Below, one piece after another: positions 28,914 through 46,269 of a stretch of DNA of 64,000 bases. Positions within the stretch are counted from its first letter, which is position 1. Every line of letters starts with the position of its first letter. The stretch spans positions 28,272,001 to 28,336,000 of the forward strand of contig OZ024762.1 of the NCBI GenBank assembly GCA_964016885.1, read 5' to 3'. Both the position numbers and the translations under genes were made by a program. This stretch comes from Eledone cirrhosa. Its lineage: Eukaryota. The notes under the pieces were generated by a model. That model was given only the letters and a program-made list of their open reading frames with translations, searched no databases and was not told the origin of the DNA.

Positions 28914-30492
28914 CTAATGGATACAATTTACACTACTAGAACCTTTAGGTTTATAATAATAGTAAGAATTAGAAATGGCATGGGGGCAAGAAGAGAATAT
29001 CTCCGACTTTCTATTAAGTAAGGTTTCCCTAGAGAAAATTATAGAGTGGGTCTCAAGGATACAGAGATTACAAAATTTAGTATGTGTTGAAAGGTTATTA
29101 GAGCGTGCTACTATACACCAACTAATGCTATATGGTATATTAGCCCCCTTAAGATCCCAGATATGGTGTGCTAAAGAAGTCGAATTCTTAAACTTAACAT
29201 GTTTAAAATTAGAGATGTGAGAATTAAACCTAGTCTTAAAAGTGTTAGATGTAGAGCCTATATATGTGCTATTAGAAGAATTAGTTTTAACCACACAAGC
29301 ATAAACGATGTTCTTAGAGAGGCAGTTACCGTTTAAAGGGCAGTTAGCTCTCACTCTACAGTTACACTGCCGGGTGTTATTAGTCGGCTGAAGTAGTGAT
29401 GCATCGCGCGTAGGATTACTATGAGATAAGGTCTGCTCTGGTGGTAAGGCATTAACGGGTCTATTCTGACTAGTAGTACGTAGAGAGGAGTATCCATCCC
29501 TAATTTTCCCATTGTTAGTGCTAGCTAAATGAGAACTAATATTAGGGGTGGTAGAGAATGAAAGTTTAATTACATTTTTATTAAAAATACTATGGTATTT
29601 ATTAGTAGGAGGGAAATTTTTCTCTAAGATAGAAAAGAAAGACCTAGGGATGTTAGTTAATACCTCCTGATTATATGGCGGGTTAAAATAAGTATTTAGT
29701 CTCCTTCTATTTTTATCCTTAGCAACTCTACCGTTATCTAATATCCCATTATTAATATTTGGGTTACTACAAGGATTAGTTAAAACCACATTAATAGAGT
29801 CAGTCGAAACTCGATTAAGTCTCACTCCATCTCCACTTCCAGGATGTCTGCTGCTATCTGGAATCATATCAAAAGGATTAGGGCCAATAATAGGATCAGT
29901 AGAAACAACATTATTAGAATTAGATATAGCAAAAGTATTACCAATGGGTGAGCGCTCAGAGGGCTCGACTTGATTCTCAGAAGTATTAGATTCCCTATTA
30001 CGAGTCCGGTGGCTTAACCCATGGATGGGTTCAGATACACCTATGTGATTTCTACGATTCTTATGCCTTCTACCCCCATTCATGGCCATATTATGGGATA
30101 TTATGTTACTACTATTATAAGTAAGCGGAGACTTTCTAAGGTTACTATTATTATAATGTATTTTACCAGAGTAACCGGAGTTAGCTAGGGCATTATTATA
30201 GTACTCTGCATGTGCATTAAATGTTCCTACGTCCATACACCATTAATTATAGAGCGTATCATAGATTTGGGGTGGTTAGAATTGGGACTAACATAAGAGA
30301 GTATTTCATTAGGCTTATGGAAGGGTTTAAAACTCTTAGTGACCAAGTCCAAAGTCACATCTAAAAAGTTGACCGCTCTATCGTTTCTATCTATCGTGAT
30401 CGAAAGGTTATAGCTTTTAAAAAACTTATAAAGCTTCTTCTTTTTATGTTCGACGTTGTTGGTGCTAGAGTTAATCACAAACAAAAGTATTT
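28914..30492 (-). pseudogene. Naiad-like Penelope element, 5'-truncated RT C-terminus + GIY-YIG endonuclease
   Basis: VNFLDVTLDL, SNHP, YFNPPY, CNCR...CPLNGNCL, NIVY...YIG, FKTRFNSH, CNLC. Frameshift near 30230; AT-rich 3' UTR to about 27525. Confidence 0.88.
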
Positions 30493-30499
30493 CAATTCT

Positions 30500-30536
<37 letters not shown>

Positions 30537-31066
30537 ATACATATCCATACATACATATACATACATATCACAAACACATACGTACAAATACAAACACATA
30601 TATATGTGTATAAAACTCATTCTTAGATAATTCATATGAACCTTGTTTAACTCTAAAATATATACATATATATATATATACACACATATATACATATATA
30701 TATATATATACATATATATACCTACACACATATACATACACATACGTATGCATACATACATACATACATACACATACACATATAATTATATATATATATA
30801 TATATATATAAGAAAGAACATAAATATTATATATATATAAGAAAGAACATAAATATTATATATATATATATAAAAAAACCTAAATATTGTATATATAAAA
30901 ATAAAAATGAAAATAAAAAGTTGGGAATACGACAAATAATAAATAAAAAAATATATTTAGAAAAGGGTATAAATGTTTATAGCAGATTTAGAGCATTCCA
31001 CAAGTTCCTGGAGCAAAAGATCAATGAAAATAAGCATTAAATCACTATGTAATTATGCATATACAA

Positions 31067-31097
<31 letters not shown>

Positions 31098-31098
31098 C

Positions 31099-31137
<39 letters not shown>

Positions 31138-31369
31138 CATACACACACACACGCAAACACAACCACAGAAATACACACACACATACATATACGTATATAT
31201 ATATATATATACACACATAGGAAAAAGTCTGACCCCACGGCAGAGCTCAAGCCGTTTTTGAGGCTATTATATATATATATATACACACAAAACCATTATA
31301 TAAAAAATACATACACACGCACAAATATACACACGCCCATACACACACACATTAAATCTATATATACAC

Positions 31370-31458
<89 letters not shown>

Positions 31459-31876
31459 TACATATATACATATATATATATATACACACACGCACAAATA
31501 CAACAGAAGTATATAATATACAATTATATATACATATACATACAGATAGATATAAACATACATACACACACACATATATATACACATACACACACATATA
31601 CATACATATATATATATATACACATATATATATACATATATACACATATATATATACATATATACACATATATATATACATATATGCGACACACAAAAAA
31701 ATAAATATCTAAAAATAAAAAAAATTTGGTATGTGAAGGGTAAGGCAGAAAGTATGGGGGGGGGGAATAAATGACATAGGAAAAGGTTTAAATATAAGGA
31801 AGAAAGAGAATACGAGAGTACAGAACGTGGATTCAGCAGGTAAAAAAACCTTAGTGGAAGTAAAGAGCAGAGGAGT

Positions 31877-33107
31877 TCAAGGTGGTTGAGTTATCGTAGG
31901 AATGTCAATCCAGTTACAGATCAGATGTGATTTCAGATGAGGACAACATCTGAAGATCTCGGTCTTTGAGTTCAGGCAAGCAGAAGTGGCTTTCAAGTTT
32001 AGCAAAATCCTATATTTTTCCGTGGTACACAAAGAACAATTTTTTGTGCCCCTTTGGTACTCCCTCGAATGGTCTAAAATAGACCAATCGATAGAGTACG
32101 GGATGTTTTTATCCTTGAATTCCCACACCTTACTTGCGAGGGCCGTTGCTGTTCGTTTATCGGAGTGCTTAAAAAAGGCGACATGTGCATAAAACCTGGT
32201 TTTAAACCTGTCCTGGGTCATGACAACAATATCAAATTGGGTAAATCTACACTTATTTTTACCTTGTATATTATTAAACCAAGAAATAACAGAGGATGTA
32301 TTTAACCATTGTGATAGGTCAGTCTTAGTTCTAATTTGGAGAATTATTTTTCTTAAGATTTTTTTACTTGCAAGGCCAACTTCAGATTTAGCCGGGTTAA
32401 TCAGTCTACAACTAGGTCGATTAGTAAAGTCTAATTTATGGTCTTTAAGGGTAATATATACTTTACGCTTAGCTAGGCTTTCAATCCGGTTGTCTATTTT
32501 CAAAGAACTAGCTAGTTCTTTAGCTTCTTTATTAATAGTATTGTAGGTATTATTATTAGTTAATTGATATTTGTTGGTGATACTATTAGTTAAAAGTTGG
32601 TTATACAAAATACTATTAACTTCAAAGAGATTTTTAGTTTTATCGGAAAGAACAAAGGTGTTTGTAGAATTTTAAAATTAGAAATATCGTTAGACAGTTT
32701 AGTTTGAAAATTATTATTGTACTTACGAAATTTGATATCACTAATTAAATTAAGAAGATCTAATTCGAAATTAGCCATGTCTTTAATTCTAGGTGGATAT
32801 TTACGGGTTTTATGTCAAAACAATCATTAGTATCAGCACTGAATAGTCCATCGTAAACCATTGTCTTCCATCTCATTCTTTTAACGACTTGTTCGATTTT
32901 ATCTATAAGCATTTTGATATAAGTTGTGTTAGAAGGAGTAGGTATATTTTTGATAGAATAATCCAAATCATAAAGGTACATGGTGTATGTTGGTTAAATT
33001 CCTGAAATCTGTAGAGTGCTCAACTAATCGGGCTGGAAAGTGGCAATCGTATATGTAATATAGAATATGCTTCGATCAATCCCGGTTGGAGCTGTATAAA
33101 TGAAGTA
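31877..33107 (-). pseudogene. Naiad-like Penelope element with internal deletion
   Basis: N-terminus YSIKNIPTPS...KRMRWK and ITLKDHK..F..RPSCRLINPAKSE. FTQFDIV is joined directly to the endonuclease half FKTRFYAH...CSLC. Confidence 0.85.
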
Positions 33108-36308
<3,201 letters not shown>

Positions 36309-36346
36309 GAAATATAAGAATCAAAGAACTGTTCAAAACATTATTG

Positions 36347-36393
36347 TGCTTACAGCTGTTTCCTCCAAACCGAGGTTTGGATTCTTCGGAGCA
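36347..36393 (-). ncRNA. Hammerhead-like motif, CCGAAGA core variant
   Basis: tgct-CCGAAGA-ATCCAAAC(CTCG)GTTTGGAG-GAAA-CAGCTG-TA-agca. Confidence 0.6.
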
Positions 36394-38593
36394 ATTTATT
36401 AATGCATGGACAGTTATATGACCTCCTTTTCAGCCGAGAGACATACCGATACATATTCAAACATTGATACATATTCAAACATTGTGGGTCAACATTCATT
36501 ACAGAATTTAGAGTGGCAGTACACACTTCGAGATTACATTTATATTAAGAGGTACAATAAAAAATACAGGTTAAAATACAACATGAAGATAAGCGGTTAT
36601 ATAGTGCAAATGTTATATGTGTGGCACGCATGTGCGTCTTGTTTATATAGTGTGGTAGAGGCACTTAGGTAGGTAAACAAGAGTGTTAGGTTGGTAGATC
36701 TGGTGGCAAATTCTTTATATGATTGATATAGTCTGTGTGTGGAGAAATGTTATAAGCATTAAAATAGTGCAAGCATTAAAAGTGTTAAAAGTATTGGAGA
36801 TGCACAGCGAAGGGATGTCAAGTATTTCATGTACTTCGACATTTTCATGGTCAGGGGAGTGTATTTTTCGATTATATGCCCCTCACATAATCCACGACAA
36901 TTCGATATTGAGCGTTTGACAATCCATTTAGAGATCGTAGTCTGGTGTTCTTTAGTTCAATACAGGAGGCTGTTACGTTTCGAGAATCGCCATTGAATAC
37001 TACCCGAAAGTGTGTGTGTGGCTAAGGGGAGTTAATGCATGCGGGGAGGTAACTCCGGGGTTTCTGTACCTAGCTATTAAAATGTGTCACAGCATAGACC
37101 CTAATTTCTATGGTGATGCGCATCCTCCAAAAAAAAATTTTTAAAGCATAAAATGTATTAACTATAGAGTAGTTTAATTAAGTTATGCTGAAGGTGATCA
37201 TATTATTATGGTGGATTAACCCATCGTAAGGTGCCACAAATTGAAATTATAGACGATGAGCGAGGATTCTAAATTAATGATCTCTGTGGTTGTAGTCTAC
37301 TCATAGGACCAGGCGCGGTGATTGCAGAATCACTTCAACACACAATGATCCTGGTAAGTTCTGGGTCATCGCTTGCTACATTGGATGTCGAAAGATAATC
37401 ATCACCAGGCCGGCCAGAGGTCAATCCGCAGTCCTCGCGACCCCTCTCCGACTGTCGGATCATCCATATATGTACAACTCGCACGGCAGTTGCAATGCAT
37501 TCACTCACTGCGCTCAGCAGCCTGGTCCTACTGCTCAACAGCGTTACTAGATTAAATCGTTTTTCATCTGTCTAAGGAAGGTGTTTCCTCTGCACAACAC
37601 TATTCAACCGATCAATTCATGCACAAATTACCCATAGAGCGGTGTAGTGCGGTTCAAGTGGGTGGATGTTGTCACACCTGACGTAGAGGTATAAATGGGT
37701 ATTCTCCCTGCGAAGGATTCCAGAGGGATGTCGTTGTTTGTGTTATATTAGATCAGTTAGTGTTGGGTATGTAGTATAAGGTGTGTCTCTGGTGTTTGAT
37801 GCTAGATGTGGTGTTAGGTTCCAGTCCGACATTGCTATATATTGGGCTTAAAGTTTTGGAAGGAATGTCTGAAGCGGTGCTGGCAAGTTGCAAACACCTC
37901 AGATTTTTTGTTAAGTAGGTTACGGTTGGAGAAGATAATATTGTGTGTCTCTAGTATACAGAGGTTACAAAATTTATTAGGTGGTTTGTACGAGGTCGCG
38001 CTGCCTATCACTTCCCATTTGAGTGTGTATGGTTTATTTTTAGTTTTTAGATAGTGTATGTAGCTAGAAAGTGAGGTGGAGTTTGCTAGGCTGTGCTTTT
38101 TGAACGAGTGGATGTGCGAATTATATCTGATTTTGAAGCAGTTAGAAGTGGAGCCTACATAGGTTTCTGAAGAGTTGCTAGTCGTGACGGTGCATGAGTA
38201 TATGATATCCTTGGTTAGACATTTTTTATCTAAAGGGCAGGTTCTATTAGCTCTACAGTTACAATTATCCTGTGCGTTAGTCCGCTGGTTATAATGCAGT
38301 GCCTCTACCACACATATCTCTCTGCCACACTATATAAACAAGACGCACATGCGTGCCACACATATAACATTTGCACTATATAACCGCTTATCTTCATGTT
38401 GTATTTTAACCTGTATTTTTTATTTTTTATTGTACCTCTTAATATAAATGTAATCTCGAAGTGTGTACTGCCACTCTAAATTCTGTAATGAATGTTGACC
38501 CACAATGTTTGAATATGTATCAATGTTTGAATATGTATCGGTATGTCTCTCGGCTGAAAACGAGGTCATATAACTGTCCATGCATTAATAAAT

Positions 38594-38640
38594 TGCTCCG
38601 AAGAATCCAAACCTCGGTTTGGAGGAAACAGCTGTAAGCA
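38594..38640 (+). ncRNA. Hammerhead-like motif, CCGAAGA core variant (inverted pLTR copy)
   Basis: Identical to 36347-36393. Confidence 0.6.
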
Positions 38641-38907
38641 CAATAATGTTTTGAACAGTTCTTTGATTCTTATATTTCATATAACTGCTCTGTAAATCAT
38701 CTGATGTTTTTACATTGAGCTACTTAACTTACTGGTAATAAGGTAGTAATACATTACTGCCTACCACTATTTAGGGTGTATGTAAAATACTTATAACTGC
38801 ATAAGGTTTTGTATTTACATAACCATAAATAGTATAACTAATACTATATATATATATATATATATACGATATTAATAAATGGAAACTATATTTATAAAAC
38901 CATATTT

Positions 38908-38970
38908 CTTTCATTATACATATTTCAGGGATACCAAATTAAATTATGGTATGCCTTCATCAGACAAAAT
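38908..38970 (-). ncRNA. Type I hammerhead ribozyme
   Basis: CTGATGA-AGGCATACCA...TGGTATCCCT-GAAA-TATGTA-TA. Helix II differs from the 16877 homolog but still pairs. Confidence 0.78.
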
Positions 38971-39107
38971 ACAATATATAACAGTTTTACAAATATGCTT
39001 TGACGTACCCTTTTAAAATGCAACCATTATTTTTGGAAGCCATCTGGATAGTGAGTTGTTTATATTATTTTAATAAGTCATAGTGTTAAGGACAATTGGA
39101 AAAAGAC

Positions 39108-40975
39108 GGTATGTTGATTTTGGTATGGTCCGAAATGGCCGAGTTTCGGTGGATCAGATGTTTGGAAGTCATGGGTTTGGCATAATGGGAATGGAGGATT
39201 TGTTTTTTGTTGTTAATGGTATCTAACCAGAGCACCGTGTCTAGTACAGGTAATCGATGGTTGGGGTGTTTACTTGGGTAGTCTATAGTAACTCTAATGC
39301 TCTGGTGGATGGAGTTTGCTATTTGCTGGATGCTTTCCATTGTGTTTTTTTCTAGTTCCTGACTGTTCTCTAGTGGGGGTGTCTTAACTACGATGTTTAT
39401 ATCATCTACGTCGCGGGAGTACATTATTAGGGTTAAGGGGTCTTCTAATTGTTCTTTAAGTTTAAGTTTAAGTCTACTGTCCCACCATACCATGAATAAG
39501 TTAGCTATGTCGCCTGCAATGCTAACACCAATGGCTGCTCCTTCCTCTTGGGCATATGTTTTTCCATTAAATTTGAACATATGTTCCTTAAGGGTTAGTT
39601 TTATGCTGGCCCCTACCGCATATGCAATCATTTTCTTTAGTTCATCGTGGTTTTCGGGTGTCCGTATGGCTCTGGTCCACCCGTTCCATCTATCTGTGTG
39701 GGTTTTCTTGGCCATTGAGGTAATGGTAGGTGGTCTGCCTCTTGCTGGTCTTGTAGGGCACAGGTTGCTAAGGTCATAAGTGTCTAGGTAACTATTATTA
39801 TGGGTAAGCTTAAGTAGAAGTCCCAGCTCACTGGTATCAATCCCACGGAACTCAACCTTGCTCTCGCTGATCATTTCGACGCATTTCTCCACAGCAAAAT
39901 CCACGTCAATAGATGGATACAGGGACACAACATCCATACTGCCTATTATGCAGTTTGTTAGGTCCCCAGATCGGTTACTCACGCCGATTCTGCTGAGGAG
40001 GTCCTCTGTGCTGTCACATACATCTGGGGACATTTCAATGATGGGGCGTATGATCAGGGAGAGGAAGTAGGACAGTCTGTAGTTACTAGCAATGTTAGCT
40101 CCACAGACTGGCCGTGTTGGTGGTCCCGCGACAGGGTCACAGCCCGTTTTATGGTCTTTTCGAAGCCCATACAACGCCGGCACGTCATTGTTCCAGGCCT
40201 GGAAGTTATTGGCAGTCCTTTTGTTGGGCTGCATTATATTCGTCCACATCACCATATGGGCATTGAGGGCTTTTTCTCTATCCTCATGCTCCTGTGGTGT
40301 TACCTCTCTTGTGTTAGTGATGTGGGATTGCATTGCCTGGATGTAGTTTGGCAGGCTGTCAACCGACATTCTGCCAGACTTGTCTGTTGGAAAGCATGCT
40401 ATATCTCCATTACGTGAGTGCTGCATGAGCTTACGCAAGCCATTTGCAGATTTTTCTCCCAGTTGCTGGGCCTCCATTCTATTATGCTTCTTGCTATACT
40501 GTTCTATAATATTTCTAAGTTCGGATCTAGCTATACTAAATTGTGCTTCTGTTTGTTCATCGACCTGCAACGGCAATTGCGTTTGTTAAATGGTAAAGTC
40601 GTGGCGTGGACTCGTCGCAGGTCGAATGATTTATCGGAGGGATTATAAAACGTAGAGTTCCAGGCTGCTGCTTGGCGGATGTGGCGCATGCGCAGACTGA
40701 GCACACAACACACACACAGAAACAAAATGGCGTAGGACAGAACAAAGGAGAGGCACAGAAACAAAGAAAGGAATCCCCAGTCACTGAAGAGGTCACAGAG
40801 TGTGTGACGAAAGAACTATGACTATATGTAAACAACTATCTGGTTGTGGAACCAAGCAACCAACCAACCAGAAATTTATAAATTTATTATAAATTTATTA
40901 TAATAAATTGAAGTGAAAGCAACTGGTGCGTGTGTTTCTTATTGGCAACATGACCCTCCCAAAGTATAACAATAT
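39108..40975 (-). mobile_element. Neptune-like Penelope RT fragment (-) joined to an inverted pLTR (+, 40674-40975)
   Basis: ORF 39086-40576 is nearly identical to 52684-55101, with YVDD mutated to DVDD. The pLTR matches 55593-55895. Confidence 0.92.
40779..40823 (+). ncRNA. Minimal type I hammerhead in pLTR
   Basis: agtca-CTGAAGA-GGTCACA(GAGTG)TGTGAC-GAAA-GAAC-TA-tgact. Confidence 0.75.
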
Positions 40976-41018
40976 ATATATATATACATATATGTAATAT
41001 ATATATATGTATGTATAT

Positions 41019-41445
41019 GTGACAGCCAAATTTCATTTATAACCAATCAAATCACGTTTATTAAAAAAAAGCCTTCGTGAGCCACCTTTTTTTTAAGTAA
41101 AGAAATTCAAACACACACACACACACAGACGCACATACACACAAGCACACAAATAAACATACATATCTTTACTTTCTTTATTCAATAGAAAATCTGAATT
41201 CTGACACCCGAGCGAACTAACCATATTCACTGAATCAGAACAATTCTCCCATCCCTTTCTCTTGACTATTATCTTTCACTTATCATAAAATTCTCTAAAA
41301 AAGGCTACAGAATGGATTTCCAAATAAGGGCACGGAAATTTAATGAAAACTTGTTCACGTGACAGCCATAATTTGATTTATAACCAACTAAAAAAAAAGC
41401 CTTCGTGAGCCCCTTTTTTCAAGTAAAAAGAAATTCAAACACTCA
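41019..41445. repeat. Unclassified repeat with a duplicated ~90-bp motif
   Basis: GTGACAGCCA...AAGCCTTCGTGAGCC...AAGAAATTCAAACAC at about 41019 and 41358. Confidence 0.55.
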
Positions 41446-41789
41446 TATATGAAAAAAACAACCTGCGACAACCCCCCCTCTTATTTGAAGATCTATTGTA
41501 ACGCGAACTGGCGCGAAATTTATTATAATTATTGACAAACCAATCAAATTACTTCTCGAAAAACCTGGCATTTCGAGCCGCTTTTTCCATATAAAACAAG
41601 TAACATTCAGAGAACAACCAGATGTGAGAAAAACCACAGACCCTCCATCTCAACTCACCTTTTGAAAAGCAGAAGAACTGCAAAACCGGTAAAGGAACCA
41701 AATATATATATATATTTTTAAAAAAAATAAGACTCCAGTTGCATTTTCGATTTCATCCCTTTTTCTTTATGTATATATACATACATATG

Positions 41790-41843
<54 letters not shown>

Positions 41844-41853
41844 CATATATATG

Positions 41854-41887
<34 letters not shown>

Positions 41888-41891
41888 CATA

Positions 41892-41941
<50 letters not shown>

Positions 41942-41943
41942 TG

Positions 41944-41988
<45 letters not shown>

Positions 41989-42003
41989 GTATATATATAT
42001 ATG

Positions 42004-42035
<32 letters not shown>

Positions 42036-42067
42036 CATATATATGTATATATATATATATGTATATG

Positions 42068-42114
<47 letters not shown>

Positions 42115-42129
42115 GTATATATATATATG

Positions 42130-42161
<32 letters not shown>

Positions 42162-42171
42162 TATATACATA

Positions 42172-42212
<41 letters not shown>

Positions 42213-42256
42213 AAGTTAAATAAAAGTCAAATGATTAAAATTTAGCTTCGTTTATT

Positions 42257-42311
42257 ACTGCTATATATATTTCAGTGACAGCCATCTTTGGCTGTGACCT
42301 CTTCAGGCAGT
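42257..42311 (-). ncRNA. Type I hammerhead ribozyme in a short island between TA tracts
   Basis: actgc-CTGAAGA-GGTCACAGCC(AAAGAT)GGCTGTCACT-GAAA-TATATA-TA-gcagt, followed by AATAAA. Confidence 0.85.
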
Positions 42312-42496
42312 TTGAATTAGTATGGTATAGAGAAGTACATATGTTGTTTAGGTGTATAATATTGTCAATACTCTGATATGCCCAGTTCCTTGTTGGGTTG
42401 TTAATTCACTGAGGAATTCCTCATTGGAATATATATAGCATTGGAATATATGTATATATATATATACATATATATGTATATATATACATATATATG

Positions 42497-42546
<50 letters not shown>

Positions 42547-42563
42547 CATATATATATATATAT

Positions 42564-42721
<158 letters not shown>

Positions 42722-42722
42722 C

Positions 42723-42817
<95 letters not shown>

Positions 42818-42966
42818 CATATATATATATGTACATATATATATATATATATTCATATATATATATATGTACATATATATAACTTTGAATAACTTTGAAA
42901 TGTTTTGGCCAGTATTGGCCCAGGCCATGTCTAACTTAATAGCACCACCTGGCGAAGTCTTTCAAT

Positions 42967-45429
42967 TCAGGATTTGGGCACCATGGCCCATTCGAGAAGA
43001 GAATTACTGTTTGCGGAGACATATCCGGGTGTGGGTGGTTTGTCCGGGATTACTTGGAGGAATTTGTCCAAAGACTTCTTGAATTTTGTGTGGTCAGTTT
43101 CTGTTTTGACGTGTCCTGGTGTGATGTTGAAGAGAGCAGGGCCGATTGAGGTGAAATAATTGTGCCGTATTGTTGTTATGAGTTGCGATTTAGATTTTTG
43201 AATGGGACGGATAGCACGGGGCCCAAGCCTTGGGTGTATCTTGAAGGCGATGCCAACATCATTTGGGCAGTGATGATGGAACATTTTCCACATCATGCAG
43301 ATAATATAACGCTCACGGCGACGTTGGAGTGAGTAAAGTTTCAGGTTTTCTAATCGACCCCAGTAGTCAAGGTCTGACATGCCATCTATCTTTTTCGTGA
43401 TTGCCCTTTGAGGAGCTTCAAGTTTCATGATACTTTGTTTCGTGTGGGGAGACCACAGTGGACAACAGTATTCAAGGTGTGGTCGGGCAAAAGTAGAGAA
43501 GAGAAGGATAATGGTGCGGGAATCTCTCGACTGGAAGGTTCTGAGGATCCAGGAACACATTCTGCGGGCCATGTCAACTTTGCTGCTTATATGCGTGGTC
43601 CAGCTTATGTTGCTGTCCACGGTTACTCCCAAGTCTCTGATGTTGTTAGATGCCACGAGAGTTTCCCCGGAGGGAAGGGAGTACGGGAGTTTCAGAGCAT
43701 CCTCTTTTCCAAAGTGGATCAGTTCGAATTTGTCTTCGTTCAGTAACATGTTGTTCTTTTCCGCCCATTGGGTAACAGCCAGTAGGTCTGACTGAAGGCT
43801 TATCCGATCATCCATGCCATTGATGACCTTTTGGAGCTTGGAATCATCAGCGAAAATTTTAATGTTGCTGTGTTTGATGTCAGTGATGTCATTAATATAG
43901 ATGATGAAGAGAAGTGGGCCCAACACAGTGCCTTGTGGGACTCCACTACTGAATTTGGCTGGGCTGGATTTGACTCCCTCAACTACAACATGTTGGGTTC
44001 TGTTTGACAGGAAGCTCTTGATCCACTGCAGCAGCTTTCCAGTGACACCAATATTGGACAGCTTTCTCAGTAGAATGTTATGATCAACCCTGTCAAAGGC
44101 CTTGCTGAAATCAAGGTAGATAACATCAGTGTTGGAACCCTCTCCCAAGGCTCTCAAAATGTCATCAAAGTGATGCAGTAGCTGCGTCAGGCAATCCCTT
44201 CCATTACGGAATCCATGCTGGTTGGAGTTCAGCATATTGTTACTCTCAAGGAAGTGGGTCATTCGCGATCTCACCACTCTCTCAAATACCTTAATGATAT
44301 GAGAGGTGAGTGAGATTGGACGGTAATTCACGGCAAGGGATTTGTTTCCCTTTTTGAAAACTGGGACAACAGACTGGGATAGAAGGTTTTCTGGCACATA
44401 TCCAGCATCCAGTGAGTTCCGCCACAGATTGGCAAGAGGAGATGCAAGTTGGTGTTGACACGCCTTCAAGACACAAGCAGGGAACCTATCGGGACCTACT
44501 GCTGAATTATGCTTGATTTCCTTTATTGCCGCCAAGAGATCAGGGGCGCCAAACGTTATGTCCGATAAGGTGTAATGGGGAGTAACATCGCCGATACAGC
44601 CCAGATCGGCCATATCAGGATTGCTGAAAACAGAGCAGTATTGTTTCTGCAGTATCTCACCCATGGTTTTAGCATTGTCTTGAAGAGTGCCATTTTCATC
44701 AATTAGAGGGCCAACAGTAGAGCCAGTGATTTTGTGTTTTTTTGCAAATGAAAAGAACACTTTGGGATTGAGTTTGATCTTCTCAATGGCCCAGGCCTCT
44801 TCAGCTCTTCTCTGATTGTTGATGAGGGACATTATGTTGTTTTGGAGGTTATGTTTTTTAATCTCTAGTGATGAAATGGCAGTCAAGTTGATGTGTTGCT
44901 GCTGACAGTATTTCAGCTTGTTGATTTTTTTGTTCGTTCTCTTAATTTTTCTGATGAGCGTTTTTCTATTTCTAGGGATTCTGCTCTTAGATTTGTTTCT
45001 AGTTCTTAATGGGGTGTGTTTAGCACATATGTTTGTAACAGTGTCCACAAATGTCTGCCAGGACTTTTTGATGTTAGTGGGTGTATGAGTGTGCGTGAAG
45101 GACCAGTCGACAAGTGCAAGATCATGACTGATCGCTTCCCAGTTTGCATTGTGGAAATCCATAGCGTCAAACGGATGGACAGGAGAGATGACATTGGGTT
45201 TGTATATTGGACGGTGGAATCTCAGATCACAGAGAACCATGTCATGATCAGAGAGTAGAGTTTTCTCCACTGCAATATTGTGGATATTGTCAGTGTGATT
45301 GCTGACAATTAAGTCTAGGACGTTTTTGTGGCACCTCGTTGGTTCGAGCACCAGTTGGGATAGGAAGAAATCATCCATGAAGTCAAGAAGCGATTCCACA
45401 GCTTCCCTGCCATCCCTGCACATAATCAT
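42967..45429 (-). CDS. ORF2 3' part: end of APE + reverse transcriptase
   Basis: [50 protein letters not shown]. Confidence 0.92.
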   Translation of the reverse strand: MIMCRDGREAVESLLDFMDDFFLSQLVLEPTRCHKNVLDLIVSNHTDNIHNIAVEKTLLSDHDMVLCDLRFHRPIYKPNVISPVHPFDAMDFHNANWEAISHDLALVDWSFTHTHTPTNIKKSWQTFVDTVTNICAKHTPLRTRNKSKSRIPRNRKTLIRKIKRTNKKINKLKYCQQQHINLTAISSLEIKKHNLQNNIMSLINNQRRAEEAWAIEKIKLNPKVFFSFAKKHKITGSTVGPLIDENGTLQDNAKTMGEILQKQYCSVFSNPDMADLGCIGDVTPHYTLSDITFGAPDLLAAIKEIKHNSAVGPDRFPACVLKACQHQLASPLANLWRNSLDAGYVPENLLSQSVVPVFKKGNKSLAVNYRPISLTSHIIKVFERVVRSRMTHFLESNNMLNSNQHGFRNGRDCLTQLLHHFDDILRALGEGSNTDVIYLDFSKAFDRVDHNILLRKLSNIGVTGKLLQWIKSFLSNRTQHVVVEGVKSSPAKFSSGVPQGTVLGPLLFIIYINDITDIKHSNIKIFADDSKLQKVINGMDDRISLQSDLLAVTQWAEKNNMLLNEDKFELIHFGKEDALKLPYSLPSGETLVASNNIRDLGVTVDSNISWTTHISSKVDMARRMCSWILRTFQSRDSRTIILLFSTFARPHLEYCCPLWSPHTKQSIMKLEAPQRAITKKIDGMSDLDYWGRLENLKLYSLQRRRERYIICMMWKMFHHHCPNDVGIAFKIHPRLGPRAIRPIQKSKSQLITTIRHNYFTSIGPALFNITPGHVKTETDHTKFKKSLDKFLQVIPDKPPTPGYVSANSNSLLEWAMVPKS

Positions 45430-45700
45430 AGACTGGAATCAAGGTACAAATTGTTGTCCTTGAATGCACGTGGACTATGCAATAAGATTCATCTTTTTTA
45501 CTCTTACGTCAAAAGTATCAACCCTGATTTCATTACAGTCACGGAAACTTGGGCACATTCCTTACTCTGTGATGGGGTTTTCAGCATGACTGGCTACAAC
45601 CTGTTTCGTAAAGACCGCATTAATCGTGGTGATGGTGGTGTAATGGTCTACGTTCGGTCAAATCTGTCGGCAATCCCTTGTGCTGATTTGAACAGAAGAG
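45430..45700 (+). mobile_element. Antisense fragment of a different CR1-like APE N-terminus inside ORF2
   Basis: LSLNARGLCNK, ITVTETW and GYNLFRKDR...GGVMVYV on the + strand. Confidence 0.8.
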
Positions 45701-46269
45701 GTTGAGGCAGAAGAACCTGGTGGCAGGCTGTTTGTGAACCAGTCAACTCCGGGGAGGTTGAAGTCCCCCATCATTAAGATGTTGTCAGGGTGACACTCTT
45801 GGATGAAACACTTTATGCTGTTGAGGCATTCCTTGAAGCATGGTACAGGCGTTTGGGGTGGCCTATAGAGCCCAACTACTAATAGGTTGTTGGTTTGACT
45901 GAATACAGTGACTGCTTCACAGTATCCATTAGTGAATATGTTCATAGCCTCTGTTGAGAAAGAATTATGGACATAAATGGCAGTTCCGCCCTTTCTTCTG
46001 CCAGCGCGATCAGCACGGATGGCTTTGAAATTTTTCACTTTCACCTCGGCTTCCAAGTGGAGGTTACTGAGATGGGTTTCAGTGAGGACGAAGAAAGGGA
46101 TGTGGTTTGGATGGACATCAATCCAGTCCTCCAGGAATTTGATCTTCCATTTTTGAGTATTGGTGGAAGGGCTGATGCCTTGGGCGTTAAGCAAAAATGT
46201 AGAGGCGAGAGTGGATGGTTTTAATTGTTTTGGTGTGTTGTTAATTTGTTTGTTTGTTAATGGCAGCAA
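45700..46269 (-). CDS. ORF2 5' part: AP endonuclease
   Basis: LLNAQG, LTETHL, RADR..RRKGGTAIYV, LYRPP, MGDFNLP. Confidence 0.9.
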
